Shown here: piece by piece, positions 13,261 to 26,582 of the stretch
How positions within the stretch are numbered: position 1 is the stretch's first letter
Layout of the letters: the number at the start of each line of letters is the position of its first letter
Position numbers and translations under genes: made by a program
Assembly: GCA_951406725.2 (NCBI GenBank)
Contig: OX597836.1
Coordinates: forward strand, 27,218,001-27,282,000
Direction: 5' to 3'
DNA length: 64,000 nt
DNA from: Octopus vulgaris
Taxonomy: Eukaryota
The notes under the pieces: generated by a model
Told to the model about the DNA's origin: nothing
Database searches by the model: none
What the model saw: the letters and a program-made list of their open reading frames with translations, nothing else

Positions 13261-13789
13261 AAGAGTAACCGCACCATTGAAACCTTTGAGGTACAAGATA
13301 ATGTATGATAACTGCAAATTAATGTGGATAAGGGTGGACGTTAAATGAACGATGATGATACGTTTGAATGTAATTTGAATGCCGAAGAGTTAAACAGTAT
13401 TTCATTTACATTGTCTCAAAAAAAAAAAAAACTATAGTAAATTTATATCTGATTACAAATGAAAAAGAACAATGATAGCTTCATTAATTCTAATACAATT
13501 TTTGCTTGTGGATAGATAGATATATAAATACACATACACACATATTTATATATATACACGCTAATATTGAACAGTGAGAATAAGTGCTCAACACAAGGCT
13601 ACCAATGGTTTCATGCGGAGAGAGAAATCTCTCCACAATTATCAAACTTTCCACATGGAATGTTGGTATTCATGGCCACCTTGGATGGAAATGTGACAAG
13701 GACCAACATTCCATGTGGAAGGCTTGACAACTGTTGAGAGATTTCTCCCTGCATGAAACCAACAGTAGCTTTATTAAGCCACATATAAA

Positions 13790-13830
<41 letters not shown>

Positions 13831-13961
13831 TATATACATAGATACATACACACACACACATATATATTACAAAAAAGGCTGAAATTGATTTTTTATACTC
13901 ATACATGTTTGTGTATATGAATATGTGTCTGCATGCGTGTGTGTATATATATATGTGTATA

Positions 13962-14011
<50 letters not shown>

Positions 14012-14291
14012 CACAAATATATATTGATGCAAATCCATATATACATATACACATATATCTATTATATATACATACACACACACACACATATATATATTAT
14101 ATACATACACACACACACACACATTTATATACATGCATACCTACAGAGATGCTAATTTTTGGCTTGTAAGAATAAAAACAACAGTCACAGATGGTAGGAC
14201 TCAATACTCAAAAGTAGAGGCATATTTATTATAAAATTCAGTTTTGAGTTTTCATGTTTCATTGAAATTTGATGTCCCACCGAATTATATT

Positions 14292-14365
<74 letters not shown>

Positions 14366-14598
14366 ACACAAGCTTACACATGTACACACACATACATGAA
14401 TATATGTTTATACATATATATCACATCACCATCTTTTAATGTCTGTTTTCTGTGCTGGCATGGGTTGGACGGTTCGACTAGAGATGGCAAGCTGGGGAGC
14501 TGCACCAGGTTCCTGTCTCATTTGACTTGGTTTCTACAGCTGGATGCCCTTCCTTATGCCAACCACTTCACAGAGTATGGTTGGTGCTTCTACGTCTA

Positions 14599-14692
<94 letters not shown>

Positions 14693-14785
14693 CACACACT
14701 CACATACATACACAGTTAATGAAAATTTAGTAAGAATGGATTGTTTACATTAATATCACTGCATACAAATATATGTGTGTGTGTG

Positions 14786-14877
<92 letters not shown>

Positions 14878-15340
14878 CAAGCATATATGCATACATATAA
14901 GCTTAGAAATAGTAACCTTAAGTTTATATCACACATACATACATACACACACACACACACACTCACATACATATGCATAGATTTATTTTATAAACAAATA
15001 TACATATACACACATGTATATGTATACATAAGTGTACACACACACACACACATGAGGAACTGTATAACTGGCCAGCTTGGTGAACTGTAACGAAACGGAC
15101 AATTCAAAGCAATCATCATCATCCTCATCATCATCTTCATTATCATCATCATCACAGAATTAAACAAAAGTGAAGTGAACAGTTATCATGTATCCTTAAA
15201 TGGTAAATATGAATCTCTGATGATGCCACTGTCTCTGTTTCAAAAAGCAATTCACCAAAACAGGCTACTACCAAACAAATGAGCTCATGCTAAAATAAAT
15301 ACAAACACATACACACACACACACATATATATCTATCTAT

Positions 15341-15384
<44 letters not shown>

Positions 15385-15747
15385 GTTTTAGATCCATTTT
15401 AGCTGAACTTACCAATTTGTTTCACACTGGTTATTAGATAACAGGTCAGTCAGTTAGCTAATGCGCCACATGCTCTTCAGAGGTGGTAAGTGCACGTGCC
15501 AACTCAGAGGAGCACATGGTATTACTTAACAGCACTACTATGGATATTCTCTAATACTGTATGCTTTGATTGATACATCCACTATTGACAAACATATGAG
15601 TGCATATTTCTCATACAACTATATATATATATATATATGTGTGTGTATATATATGTATGTATGTATATATATATGATATATATATACATGTATATATATA
15701 TATATATATATAATATATATGTGTATATATATGTATGTGTATATATA

Positions 15748-15811
<64 letters not shown>

Positions 15812-15853
15812 TACATATATATATGTATATGTATATATACATATACATACATA

Positions 15854-15890
<37 letters not shown>

Positions 15891-15990
15891 CATGTGTGTA
15901 TGTGTGTATAGTTATATACATATACATGTGTGTTTGTGTGCAAGTGTGTGTACGTGTGTGTGTGTGTGTGTGTGTATGATATGCATAAAA

Positions 15991-16610
15991 TTAAGCGCGT
16001 GGCATTGTAGATGCTGGAATAGAAGGTGAAGAAGGGGATGAGGAGCTGAAATCCATGTCAACATCTGAGTGAAGTGCAGTCGCCGTCGTGGCAGCACCAG
16101 CAGCAGTGGTGTTGCTAATTGATGTTAATGATAACGAGGACAAAGCTGAAGCTGTAGATGTTGCAGCATGGTCGCCCGTCGTCAAAGAGCCGTCACTTGC
16201 TGCTGTCATTGACACCGTCGAATGCTGCTGCTGCTGCTGACTGTAGTCATATGGCGATTTGTGGTTTCTCGGTCGACGCCCCTTCTTGTTCTGTTTCTGT
16301 GAATTGCTCTGCGACCTTCCCGCCTGACCGCTTCCGTCTTGATGTGATTTCTTGCCAGACCGTTGGTGCCGAGTGTAATGGTTGTTGGTGGCGCCAGTGG
16401 AGCTATTGTTGTTTCCAGTCTGCAGGAACAGCTGTGTGACGGTACCCACAGCTTTCGTACGGCCCTCGCGAAACACCATCTTCATGTCGGTGCGCAGGTA
16501 CTCGGGGTTCTTTATGAAGCGGAACCGAACGAGGGCCTTGTCACCCGTGCGCAGCGTTTCCTGAGACATGGAGATTATAGATGCTGTCTGACGTACACTG
16601 CCAACATGGA
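15991..16610 (-). CDS. GTPBP1: GTPBP1 terminal coding exon: domain III (LRTGDKA...[10 protein letters not shown]) plus a low-complexity C-terminal tail to TAA
   Basis: Acceptor ttttctttgcag, 620 nt to the stop. The ten exons sum to 2067 nt (688 aa plus stop). The tail could be spliced differently in vivo. Confidence 0.92.
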
Positions 16611-16676
16611 CTGCAAAGAAAAAGAAAAAAAAACAAAGACAAAAATATTAAATGATGAAACGTTTGAGATGAGTTA

Positions 16677-17010
16677 TCTATGATAATAAAGCAACATTCT
16701 GTCTGTCCGTCTGGGACCCCTGAATCTGTCTACATTTTGCTCTAAGTAGACATATAGATTTTTGGAATCAGGATGATTCCAGTATTGAAAATCTGCCCTT
16801 CATTGGGTTCTTGAACATCCAGCATTGGGATCAGGTCTAGATGAGGATTTGTTATATGCTAACAGTAGAAAATTCAAATTTTAAAAGAACTCCAAAAATT
16901 TGTGAAGTTTTTCCTTTAAACTGAATTTAAAGTAATACCATATTGGCAGGGGATCAATAAATGCTTTATTGTTATTGCTCTCATTAGTTTGGGGCTTCAG
17001 ACCCAATTAG
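16677..17010 (+). mobile_element. Possible non-autonomous Helitron-like element
   Basis: 5' TCTATGATAATAAAG...GTCTGTCCGTCTG, and a 3' hairpin GGGGCTTCAGACCC before TTAG. Confidence 0.35.
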
Positions 17011-17031
17011 CCGTCCATAGGAGCTAGCTAA

Positions 17032-17236
17032 CCCTTTCGTTACCTTTCTGGCTCTTTAGTACAAATGTCTGGTTTTCAAAAGTTCTGAATTAAAACCTTC
17101 CACCAAACCTTAGTCACAATTTATGTCCCTAACTCTAGCTTAATGATAACAATGTTATTTTACTTAATTCTTTATTATATTTAAAGTAATTGGAAGAAAC
17201 ACTGAGCATCTCAAAATAAATTCAGTAACGAAAGGG
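17032..17236. mobile_element. piggyBac-type MITE family A
   Basis: Perfect 12-bp TIR CCCTTTCGTTAC/GTAACGAAAGGG, with CTAA and TTAA flanks. Confidence 0.85.
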
Positions 17237-17849
17237 TTAAAAGTTTGCACAGAGTGTGGCTTTTAAGCCATGTTCTTGGTATGATGTTAAACCACAGTAA
17301 ATAACAAGGCCTTGGTTTGGGAATTTTAAGGTTTTCAGGACCTGTAATAATTGTACCTGTCAGGTACAATGTTAATTCACATGTAAATAAAGAGGAGTTG
17401 TGAACATGGTAGCACGTAAAAAGCACCATTTGAGTGTGATCATTGCCAACATCGCCTTACTGGCACATGTCCCGGTGGAAAGTGGAAAACAACATTCGAG
17501 CATGGTCGTTGCCAGTGTCGCCGGACTGGCTCCCATGCAGGTGGCATGTAAAAAAACACCTTTTGAGCATGGTCATTGCCAGTACCACCTGATTGGCCCT
17601 CGTGCCGGTGGCATGTAAAAAATACCCACTACACTCTCGGAGTGGTTGGCGTTAGGAAAGGCATCGTGCTGTAGAAACTTTGCCAGATCAGATTGGAGCC
17701 TGGTGCAGCCGTCTGGCTCGCCAGACCTCAGTCAAACCGTCCAACCCATGCCAGCATGGAAAATAGATGTTAAAAAAGAGAAAGAAGAAGATTACATGTC
17801 ACTGCATTACACACTCATTAAACAGCACTGAATGCCTATACTAACAAAC

Positions 17850-18236
17850 TGTGGAGGCGCAATGGCCCAGTGGCTAGGGCAGCGGACTCGCGGTCGTAGG
17901 ATTGCGGTTTCGATTCCCAGACCGGGTGTTGTGAGTGTTTATTGAGCGAAAACACCTAAAAGCTCCACGAGGCTCCGGCAGGGGATGGTGGTGATCCCTG
18001 CTGTACTCTTTCACCACAACTTTCTCTCACTCTTACTTCCTGTTTCTGTTGTACCTGTATTTCAAAGGGCCGGCCTTGTCACTCTCTGTGTCACGCTGAA
18101 TATCCCCGAGAACTACGTTAAGGGTACACGTGTCTGTGGAGTGCTCAGCCACTTACACGTTAATTACACGAGCAGGCTGTTCCGTTGATCGGATCAACCG
18201 GAACCCTCGTCGTCGTAACCGACGGAGTGCTTCCCC
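17850..18236 (+). mobile_element. tRNA-derived SINE family D, tail type 2, full length
   Basis: tRNA-like head. 12-bp TSD atactaacaaac (17838-17849 and 18237-18248). Confidence 0.9.
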
Positions 18237-18313
18237 ATACTAACAAACACCCAGACATGTACATACAATCATACCTACACACACACACACATGTACAAAT
18301 ATTAGTTCCTTAC

Positions 18314-18449
18314 CCATGGCCTGGTATCTGACGCTGATTGTGGTAGGGTGGTGCAAGACAAGAATTTCACCTTGAAACTCCCAGCATGCTTTTGGTTCAC
18401 GTTTTGGTGACACCATAACCATACCTTTACGTATAGAAGACCTTTTAAT
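18314..18449 (-). CDS. GTPBP1: GTPBP1 coding exon 9 ([13 protein letters not shown]...[14 protein letters not shown])
   Basis: Acceptor caccag, donor G|GTAAGG, 136 nt. Confidence 0.97.
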
Positions 18450-19360
18450 CTGGTGAACAGAAAAACGAAATCAATATAACAGATTAGCATGCATTTGAAT
18501 AAGAACAAATATATATATATATAAATATATCTTAATTTTATAAACCTAAAAGGATGAAAGGCAAAGTCAACCTCAGTGGAATTTGAACTCGGAATGTAAA
18601 GACAGACGAAATACTAGTACCGCATTGACTGGCCTCCGTGCTGTGGGCACGTAACAAACACCATCCTATCGTGGCCATGCCAGCCTCGCCTGGCACCTGT
18701 GTCCGTGGCACATAAAAAAAACACCATCCGAGCGTGGCCGTTCGCCAACCTCGTCTGGCACCTGTGTCCGTGGCACATAAAAAAAAACACCATCCGAGCG
18801 TGGCCGTTTGCCAGCCTCGTCTGGCACCTGTGTCGGTGGCACATAAAAAACACCATCCGAGCGTGGCCGTTCGCCAGCCTCGTCTGGCACCTGTGTCGGT
18901 GGCACATAAAAAGCACCCACTACACTCACGGAGTGGTTGGCGTTAGGAAGGGCATCCAGCTGTAGAAACACTGCCAGATCTGACTGGCCTGGTGCAGCCT
19001 TCGGGCTTCCCAGACCCCAGCTGAACCGTCCAACCCATGCTAGCATGGAAAGAAGACGTTAAACGATGATGATGATGATTTTGCCTAGCATACTAACAGT
19101 TCTGCCAGCTCAACACCATAATAAATAATAATAATAATAATAATAATCCTTTCTACTATAGGCACAAGGCCTGAAATTTGGGAGAGGGGACTAGTTGATA
19201 ACATTGACCCCAGTGTTTCACTGGTACTTACTTTATAGGCCCTGAAAGAATGAAAGGTAAAAAGTTGACCTTGGTGGAATTTGAACTCAAAACATAAAAA
19301 CGAATGGAATATGGCTAAATATTTCGCCCGGAGTGCTAACCATTCTGCCAGCTCACCTCC

Positions 19361-19406
<46 letters not shown>

Positions 19407-19946
19407 TAATGGTTCAAATTTTGTCACAAGGGCAGCTATTTTTGGGCAGGGATAAGTCGATTACATCGACCCCAGTGTTTCACTGGTACTAAATTTATCG
19501 ACCCTGAAAGGATGAAAGGCAAAGACCCTGACAGAATTTGAACTCAGAATGTAGTGGTAGACAAAATACGACTGAGCATTTCGCCTGGCGTGCTAACGAT
19601 TCAGCCAGCTCACCACCTTAGTAGTAGTAGTAGTAGTAGTAGTAGTAAAAAGTAGTAGTAGTAGTAGTAGTAATAATAATAATCCTTTCTACTGAAAGCA
19701 CAAGGCTTGAAATCTTGTGGGAGGGGACTGGTCGATTACATTGACCCCAATGTTTCCCTGGTACTCAAAATATCGACCCCCAAAAGGATGAAAGGTAAAG
19801 TCGACCTCAGTGGAATTTGAACTCGGAAGATAAAGACAGGTGAAATGCTGCTAAGCATTTTTCCTGCCGTGCTAACGATTCTGCTGTCTTACCACCTTAA
19901 TAACAATAAACAATAACAACAAACACAACAACAACTGCTGACTGAC

Positions 19947-20129
19947 CTTCTTCAGGGCAAACGATGCTGTCTGACCACCTCGGACCTCTTTGACCGGCAT
20001 GCGCTTGCGATGTATACTTTTGATGACAATACTCTGGAACTGTCCGAGGGAATCTGGCCCCAACAAGATGGTGTCATTGAGTTTGATGAGTCCCCTCAGT
20101 AAGGTACCAGATACAACAGTGCCAACTCC
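19947..20129 (-). CDS. GTPBP1: GTPBP1 coding exon 8, domain II (GVGTVVSGT...[11 protein letters not shown])
   Basis: Acceptor ttttatag, donor AAG|GTCAGT, 183 nt. EF-Tu-like domain II motif GVGTVVSG. Confidence 0.97.
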
Positions 20130-20219
20130 CTATAAAAGAGACAGGGTTAGATTTCTGTTAGGGAGGTGATGGTAATGTGGCATAAAGGTGTGTGTGGACA
20201 TAAGTGGAAAGAATTGGGG

Positions 20220-20222
<3 letters not shown>

Positions 20223-20266
<44 letters not shown>

Positions 20267-20860
20267 AAGTGAGGGAAGGATTGAAGAAGGGAATTTAATA
20301 AAGGAGAGAGAGAGAGATAGCAAGAGAGAAATGGAGAGAGAGAGAGGTGGAGAGATATACAAAAAAATTGAGTGGAACCATGAAAGGAAGAGAGAGAAAA
20401 TGAGAGAGAGGGGGAGAGAAAATGAAAGTGAAAGAGAAAAAGGAGAGAGAGAATGAAAGAGAAAAAGGAGAGAGAGAGAATGAAAGAGAAAGAGGAGAGG
20501 GAGAGAATGAAAGAGAAAAAGGAGAGAGAGAGAATGAAAGAGAAAAAGGAGAGGGAGAGAGAGAATGAAAGAGAAAGAGAAAAAGGAGAGAGAGAGAGAG
20601 AATGAAAGAGAAAGAGAAAAAGGAGAGAGAGAGAAAGAGAAAGAGAAAAAGGAGAGAGAGAGAATGAAAGAGAAAGAGGAGAGGGAGAGAATGAAAGAGA
20701 AAGAGAAAAAGGAGAGGGAGAGAGAGAGAACGAAAGAGAAAGAGAAAAAGGAGAGAGAGAGAGAGAGAATGAAAGAGAAAGAGAAAAAGGAGAAGAAGGA
20801 CAGAGGATGAGAGAGAGAATGAGTGAGAAAGAGAGAGAGAGAGTGAGAAAGAGAGAAATA
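20223..20860. repeat. Purine-rich (GA) minisatellite with a higher-order GAATGAAAGAGAAA unit
   Basis: Visible directly. Lies in GTPBP1 intron 7. Confidence 0.9.
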
Positions 20861-20976
20861 CACAAAGAAAACAGAGTGAAAATATGAAAGGAGAGAGAGA
20901 GAGAGGTACAGAGATAAAGAGGGTGAGGCTAAGAACGGGTGAAATAAAGAAAGCGAAGAAAAAGAGTAGAACTTAC

Positions 20977-21121
20977 AGGTACAGAGAATGTATCATCAAT
21001 TTGAAATTCAGCTGGCTGTGTTACATCATATTTGTGTCGTGTGGACAACAGGTTTAGAAACATCTTGAGTAAGCCAAGGTTTTCACCAGTCACATTAGAA
21101 ACTTGGAATATTGGACACATT
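20977..21121 (-). CDS. GTPBP1: GTPBP1 coding exon 7 ([12 protein letters not shown]...[10 protein letters not shown])
   Basis: G5-type SNV motif and start of domain II. Acceptor ttcaaag, donor CCT|GTAAGT, 145 nt. Confidence 0.96.
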
Positions 21122-21164
21122 CTTTGAAACCACACATGGAAATATAACAGAAAGAACACATTAA

Positions 21165-21646
21165 CCCTTTAGCATTTAACCCTTTCGTTACCAACCCGGC
21201 TGAAACCGGCTCTGGGTCTGTAGTACAAATGTCTTGTTTTCATAAGTTTTGAATTAAAATCTTCCACCAAACCTTAGTCACAATTATGTTCCCCACAAGG
21301 GCTAAACATAGATGGGACAAACAAGGACAGACAAACGGATTAAGTCGATTACATCGACCCCAGTGCGTAACTGGTACTTAATTTATCGACCCCAAAAAGA
21401 TGAAAGGCAAAGTCGACCTCGGCGAATTTGAACTCAGAACCTAGCCGCAATGAAAGGGTTAAACCGGCCAAAAGTATTCTGCCTGTTTTATGTTCAAACT
21501 GGCCAGATCTGGTCTCTCACACCAACCCTACAATATCGTTTTAAAAATTAACAGCTGCCTCATCAAAATTTCATAGCTACAAGATAATGCATGATTAGTT
21601 CAAAACAATGTGGATGAAGAAGCATTAATTATGGCAGAATAATGGG
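21165..21646. mobile_element. TTAA MITE family B containing a nested family A MITE (21180-21458) and a SINE fragment
   Basis: TTAA at 21161-64, 21176-79, 21459-62 and 21647-50. Outer element is homologous to 56084-56304. Confidence 0.8.
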
Positions 21647-21712
21647 TTAAACGTCTGTATTTATGTGTACAAATAAAATGTCTCCCTCTTTCTTTCTCTC
21701 TGTCGTTGTATA

Positions 21713-21860
21713 TAAAGGGTGCAGACAGTATTTGAGGGCAGATTTATAGTTTTGAAAAAACGCTTATATAATAGCAGAAAAAAATCTGTATTTTAATAAA
21801 AATAACATAAACATAAAGATAGATTATCAATTTAATAATTTCATTCAATAAAACCACCAT
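21713..21860 (-). mobile_element. maT (DD37D) transposon 3' end with TIR
   Basis: Reverse-complement match to 53690-53786 plus 53991-54040. Confidence 0.75.
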
Positions 21861-23445
21861 AGGCGCAGGAGTGGCTGTGTGGTAAGTAGCTTGCTAACCA
21901 GCCACATGGTTCCGGGTTCAGTCCCACTGCGTGGCATCTTGGGCAAGTGTCTTCTGCTATAGCCCCGGGCCGACCAAAGCCTTGTGAGTGGATTTGGTAG
22001 ACGGAAACTGAAAGAAGCCTGTCGTATATATGTATGTATATATATATATATGTATGTGTGTCTGTGTTTGTTCCCCTAGCATTGCTTGACAACCGATGCT
22101 GGTGTGTTTACGTCCCCGTCACTTAGCGGTTCAGCAAAAGAGACTGATAGAATAAGTACTGGGCTTACAAAGAATAAGTCCCGGGGTTGATTTGCTCGAC
22201 TAAAGGTGGTGCTCCAGCGTGACCGCAGTCAAATGACTGAAACAAGTAAAAGAGTAAAGAGTATAAGCATCGCAGGGTCGAAATCATTTACCATGGAGGA
22301 ATCGACGTAAGCTTAAACAATAAACTGTGATAGGTGAACTGTGATATGGTGAGGGTTTACTGTATTTCACTTTTATTTTATTTTATTCATTATGTAATTT
22401 TACTCTTATATACTATAACTCATTATTCATGATTATTATTATTATTAATATTGAAATAAAAATGTGGCTGTGTGGTAAGTAGCTTGTCTACCAACCACAT
22501 GGCTCCGGGTTCAGTCCCACTGCGTGGCACCCTGGGCAAGTGTCTTCTACTATAGCCTCGGGCCGACCAAAGCCTTGTGAGTGGATTTGGTAGACGGAAA
22601 CTGAAAGAAGCCCGTCGTATATATGTATATATATGTGTGTATGTGTGTGTGTTTGTGTGTCTGTGTTTGTCCCCCTAGCATTGCTTGACAACCGATGCTG
22701 GTGTGTTTATGTCCCCGTTACTTAGCGGTTCGGCAAAGAGACCGATGGAATAAGTACTGGGCTTACAAAGAATAAGTCCCGGGGTCGAGTTGTCGATTAA
22801 AAGGTGGTGCTCCAGCATTTATTATTAATATTGAAATAAAAATAAAAGTAATAATTTTAATGCATGCATGCACCCTCCTCCCACACACACACATAATAAA
22901 CATGATTATATATTCTGATTATATTGGAGTATTCCCACAGATCATAATGTAATCCTTGTATTGTCCTTTTGTACACCCTGATGATTTTCCACTCAAGCTA
23001 TTTCAAATGTCAAATTATATATTTATATAATTTATTATATTTATATATCACCATTTGAGCATGATCGTTATCAACGTCGCCTTACTGGCACTTGTGGCAT
23101 GTGTAAAAGGATTCAAGCGAGGTCGTTGCCAGTACCACCTGACTGGCCCCCGTGCCAGTGGCATGTAAAAAGCATCCACTACACTCTTGGAGTGGTTGGC
23201 GTTAGGAAGGGCATCCAGCTGTAGAAACTGGTGCAGCCATCTGGTTCGCCAGTCCTCAGTCAAAATCGTCCAACCCATGCTAGCATGGAAAGCGGATGTT
23301 AAACGATGATGATGATGATGATGTTTTGTAGTTTAAATAGGATGTGAAATGAAACAATTGTAGGTGAAGATATTAATTAATCAATAAATTAATTTGTATC
23401 CATTAGATCTCTCTGTTTTCAAACTTAATAACATTTGATATCTTA

Positions 23446-23515
<70 letters not shown>

Positions 23516-23568
23516 CAAAAATAAGATAAGGTAGAGAATGCTAGAATAATTTTATCATGAAGTACATT

Positions 23569-23606
23569 TTAGTACCGGTTTCTGACTTTTAGACTTTTTC
23601 AACTAA
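23569..23606 (-). ncRNA. Hammerhead-like motif, U3-A8 variant
   Basis: ttag-TTGAAAA-agtctaaaagtca-GAAA-CCGG-TA-ctaa, with palindromic ACCGGT stem III. Stem II pairs poorly. Adjacent to (TA)n. Confidence 0.35.
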
Positions 23607-25450
23607 GTATAAAATAAAAAAAAAACAATTGAATTGGAGAAAAAAGTTAAGTGAAATGTTTTATAGATATTTCCATAGTCTTTAAATAGTCTGTCTGTCT
23701 CTATTCCTTTGTGTATGCTTCGTAGGTGGGTAGTAGCAAATCTGAAGGAATAGTTTGGGTACTGAGAATTGAAGGTTTAAGCAAAAGCAGCTAAGGGAGG
23801 AGAAGAAGGCGGCAGAGGAGGAGGAGATGAAGGAGAAAGAGAAGTAGGAGTAGGGAAAGAAGAAGAAGAAGGAGAAAGAAAAGAAAAATACAGGAGTGCT
23901 GTGACATAGTAAATTGTTCGTGGAGCCTTCTTTAATGCTCAAATGACCTAAAAGAGACCTGTTGTGGTCGTAGCAGTAGTGGTTGGAATTGTTCTAAATT
24001 GTTGTAGTAGTTTCATTTGTGATGGGATTCAAAATAGGTTTCTATTTTGTGATCAATTAAAAGGTGACAGTCGCAAAAAATCCAGTAGCAAGCAATGATG
24101 TCTCAATAAAACCACACAATCAAGTGCTCAAGTGGTTTCACTTGAGTCGAATTGGTTTAAGTGGCCCCAAGAGTTAAAGGTACTTGTGCCAACATACCTT
24201 ATATGCACAGAGATATGTATGTATACATGCATCTCACACAAGTGCTGCAATCTGATAAGTATATATGCACAGTAATACACACACAAACATATAGGGCAGT
24301 TCTGAAAATTCCCAGCTTCAAGGTTATTGCGAAAGGCCTGGTTGGAGGCCCAACCTTCTGAGTTCTTTTACAAGGTTTAGAAAAACTGAAGGACCACTGC
24401 AATAAGTGTGTAAATCTGAGAGAGGAATCATCATCATCATCATTTAACGTCTGCTTTCCATGCTGGCATGGGTTGGATGGTTTGACTGAGGACTGGCAAG
24501 CCAAGAGGCTGAGCTGGGCTCCAATCTATTCTGGCTGGGTTTCTACAGCTGGATGCCCTTCCTAACGCCAACCACTCCAACATTTTATGTGCCACCGGCA
24601 CAAGGGCGAATCAGGCAGCACTGTCAGTGACTTCGCTCAAATAGTGCTTTTTATGTGCCACCGGCATGGGAGCTAGTCAAGTGGCACTAGCACCAGAATG
24701 ATGCTTTTTAGGTGCCACTGGCATAGGAGCCAGTCAAGTGGCACTGGCAACAACCACGCTTAAATGGTGCTTTTTACATGCCAGTGGCATTGGTCACACT
24801 CAAATGGTGCTTTTTATGTACCACTGGCATGGGTGCCAACCAGGAGGCAGAGGCATCAGCCACAACAACAATTTCACCTCTGAATGCACTCAAATATGTT
24901 AAATAAAATCATAATCAACAGATCTTGCTGTATTTTCTTTTATCCAAAGCCAGGAACTTTTCAAGCACCACGCCCTGCCTTGTACATTCTGTCAAAGAAG
25001 TCAGTTGTCCTGCTGAGTGAATATCTCTTTGAAAGTCAAAGAGAAAGGAGAACTATGGACAACGGCTTCAAGACGTCCAGCTTCTATATCCAGATTATAA
25101 ATTCATATTTATGAATTGCTGGTGGCACGTAAAAAGCACCACCTGTCCGTGGCCGTTTGCTAGCTCTGTCTGGCACCTGTGCGGGTGGCACGTAAAAAGC
25201 ACCCACTACACTCACGGAGTGGTTGGCGTTAGGAAGTGCATCCAGCCGTAGAAACACTGCCAGATCAGACTGGGCCTGATGCAGCCTTCTGGCTTCACAG
25301 ACCCCAGTTGAACCGTCCAACCCATGCTAGCATGGAAAGCAGACGCTAAATGATGATGATGATGATGATGATTTGCAGTGTGGAAGGTGTTTATAAGCCA
25401 TTTAAGAAACACACAAAAACCGTTAGATTCACTTCAACAATTAAATTTAA

Positions 25451-25585
25451 TTTGCCAAAATATTTTCGTCGCTTGGAGATTGTGACTTGTTCACTGACAA
25501 AATTCTGTGCTAGCACAGAAGAATTCAAATTTAATTTGCCAAAATATTTTCGTCGCTTTGAGATTGTGACTTGTTCACTGACAAA
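25451..25585 (-). ncRNA. Tandem pair (84-bp period) of hammerhead-like motifs, G3-C8 variant
   Basis: tttgtca-GTGAACA-A-GTCAC(9 nt)GCGAC-GAAA-ATATTT-tggcaaa at 25451-25501 and 25535-25585. Confidence 0.5.
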
Positions 25586-26582
25586 AAACTGTGCTAGCAC
25601 AGAAGAAGAATTCAAATACTTAAAAGCAAAAGATATATACATACATAATTCACATTTATATCTATAATAATTGGTGCACTTGGTTTTTGTGGGTAAATAC
25701 CTAAGTGAAAGTCTGGATAAACTAGGGTTTTCAGAAAAAGAAGTCAACCAACTCACTTGTGCATTACAAATAGAATTTGTAAGGGGAACAGTAAAAGTAT
25801 GCAAGACTTTTCTCAAATTAAAAATTTGTTGAATATAGGTGGATATAGGCACAGGAATGGCAGTGTGGTAAGTAGCTTGCTACCAACCACATGGTTCGGG
25901 TTCAGTCCCACTGCGTGGCACCTTGGGCAAGTGTCTTCTACTATAGCCTCGGGGTGACCAAAGCCTTGTGAGTGGATTTAGTAGACGGAAACTGAAAGAA
26001 GCTTGTCGTATATATAAATGTATGTGTGTGTGTTTGTGTGGGTGTGTGTTTGTCCCCCTACCATTGCTTGACAACTGATGCTGGTGTGTCTACGTCCCTG
26101 TAACTTAGCAATTCAGCAAAAGAGACCGATAGAATAAGTACTAGGCTTACAAAGAATAAGTCCAGGGGTCGATTTGTTCGACTAGAGGCAGTGCTCCAGC
26201 ATGGCAGCAGTCAAATGAATGAAAGAAATGTTTCTGTTATCTACATTCCAAAGATGGAGCTTTGTATCTTTGTTAGAAACCAGCTGCTTTAAATCATTCA
26301 AAACAGAAGAGAGCACCCGTCCATCCATCCATCCATCCATACATACATACACACACACACACATACATACACACACACACACATACATACACACACATAC
26401 ATACACATACACACACACATACATACACATACACACACATACATACATACACACACACATCCACACACACATCCACACATACACATACATACATACACAC
26501 ATACATACATCCACACATAACATACACATTTTCAATGAGATTTTAGTGAAGCCCACAGTCAGGTCTTTACGTTGATATTTAC

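Noticed and set aside
13611-16029. YIYIYI and HTHT ORFs here and at 44394-44882 and 59402-59723
   Set aside because: Translations of (TA)n and (CA)n microsatellites.
18614-19046. Repetitive ORFs (MCHRHRCQTR...)
   Set aside because: ~60-bp internal tandem units of SINE family C, also seen at 30420-30620.
20147-20865. 238-aa and 235-aa S/L/F ORFs
   Set aside because: Purine-rich minisatellite inside an intron.
22970-23010. Other CTGANGA hits (6201, 10031, 10271, 15217, 22978)
   Set aside because: No downstream GAAA with stems I and III.
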